From the human T2T-CHM13v2.0 reference genome, Homo sapiens, in NCBI RefSeq assembly GCF_009914755.1, contig NC_060926.1: a stretch of DNA of 64,000 nt. The stretch is one strand, 5' to 3'. Both the position numbers and the translations under genes were made by a program. Within the stretch, counting starts at the first letter, position 1. Every line of letters begins with the position of its first letter. Below, one piece after another: positions 62,538 through 64,000 of this stretch. The notes under the pieces were generated by a model. It was not told the origin of the DNA and did no database searches. It worked only from the letters and a program-made list of their open reading frames with translations.

Positions 62538-62859
62538 AATTATGGTGAGTTGTATATTTACTTCATTATATATTATGATGTAATAATAATAGAAATAAAG
62601 TGCACGAAAAATGTAATGTGGCTTGAATCATCCCAAAACCATACCCCTCCCTGGAGAACAGTCCATGAAAATTGTCTTCCATGAAACTGGTCTCCGGTGC
62701 CGAAAAGGTTGAAGGCTGCTGTCATAGTGTGTAAGGAACCACCATTCTTAGTAACTTCTTAACACAGATAAATCTCTGGATTTTAAAATAACCCATTCAA
62801 ACCTGGCTTTGCCTATGGACTAAATAAATATAAAACACAGACATGCCTGACAATCCAAA

Positions 62860-64000
<1,141 letters not shown>

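Larger units (their letters stand above)
59811..62721 (+). mobile_element. Near-full-length Charlie3 (MER1-family) hAT DNA transposon
   Basis: Left end caggggtccccaacc, right end ggttgaaggctgctg, 8-bp target-site duplication tcctagtg/tcatagtg, internal transposase remnants. Confidence 0.88.

Overview
Primate (human-like), AT-rich genomic DNA lying entirely within a large LDL-receptor-family gene on the minus strand. I recognise the gene as LRP1B from the encoded peptides. Nine GT-AG coding exons lie between 132 and 29810 (1116 nt, one open frame). They encode eight LDL-receptor class A repeats followed by an EGF-like repeat. From memory these are roughly exons 67-75; the numbering is not verified. 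Positions 29811-64000 are one long intron dominated by repeats: about 14 Alu/FAM copies, a full-length dead L1PB-type LINE inside an L2, a MER11 solo LTR, MER4- and LTR16-type LTRs, and a near-complete Charlie3 hAT transposon with decayed transposase. I see no prokaryote-type system and no new gene. The most interesting unexplained structures are: a 128-bp tandem duplication that copies a splice acceptor plus the exon start; a coding exon that begins with GTAAG (recursive-splicing configuration); and a locally templated ~115-bp insertion with repair-like junctions. Repeat subfamily names come from recall of consensus sequences, not from a search.
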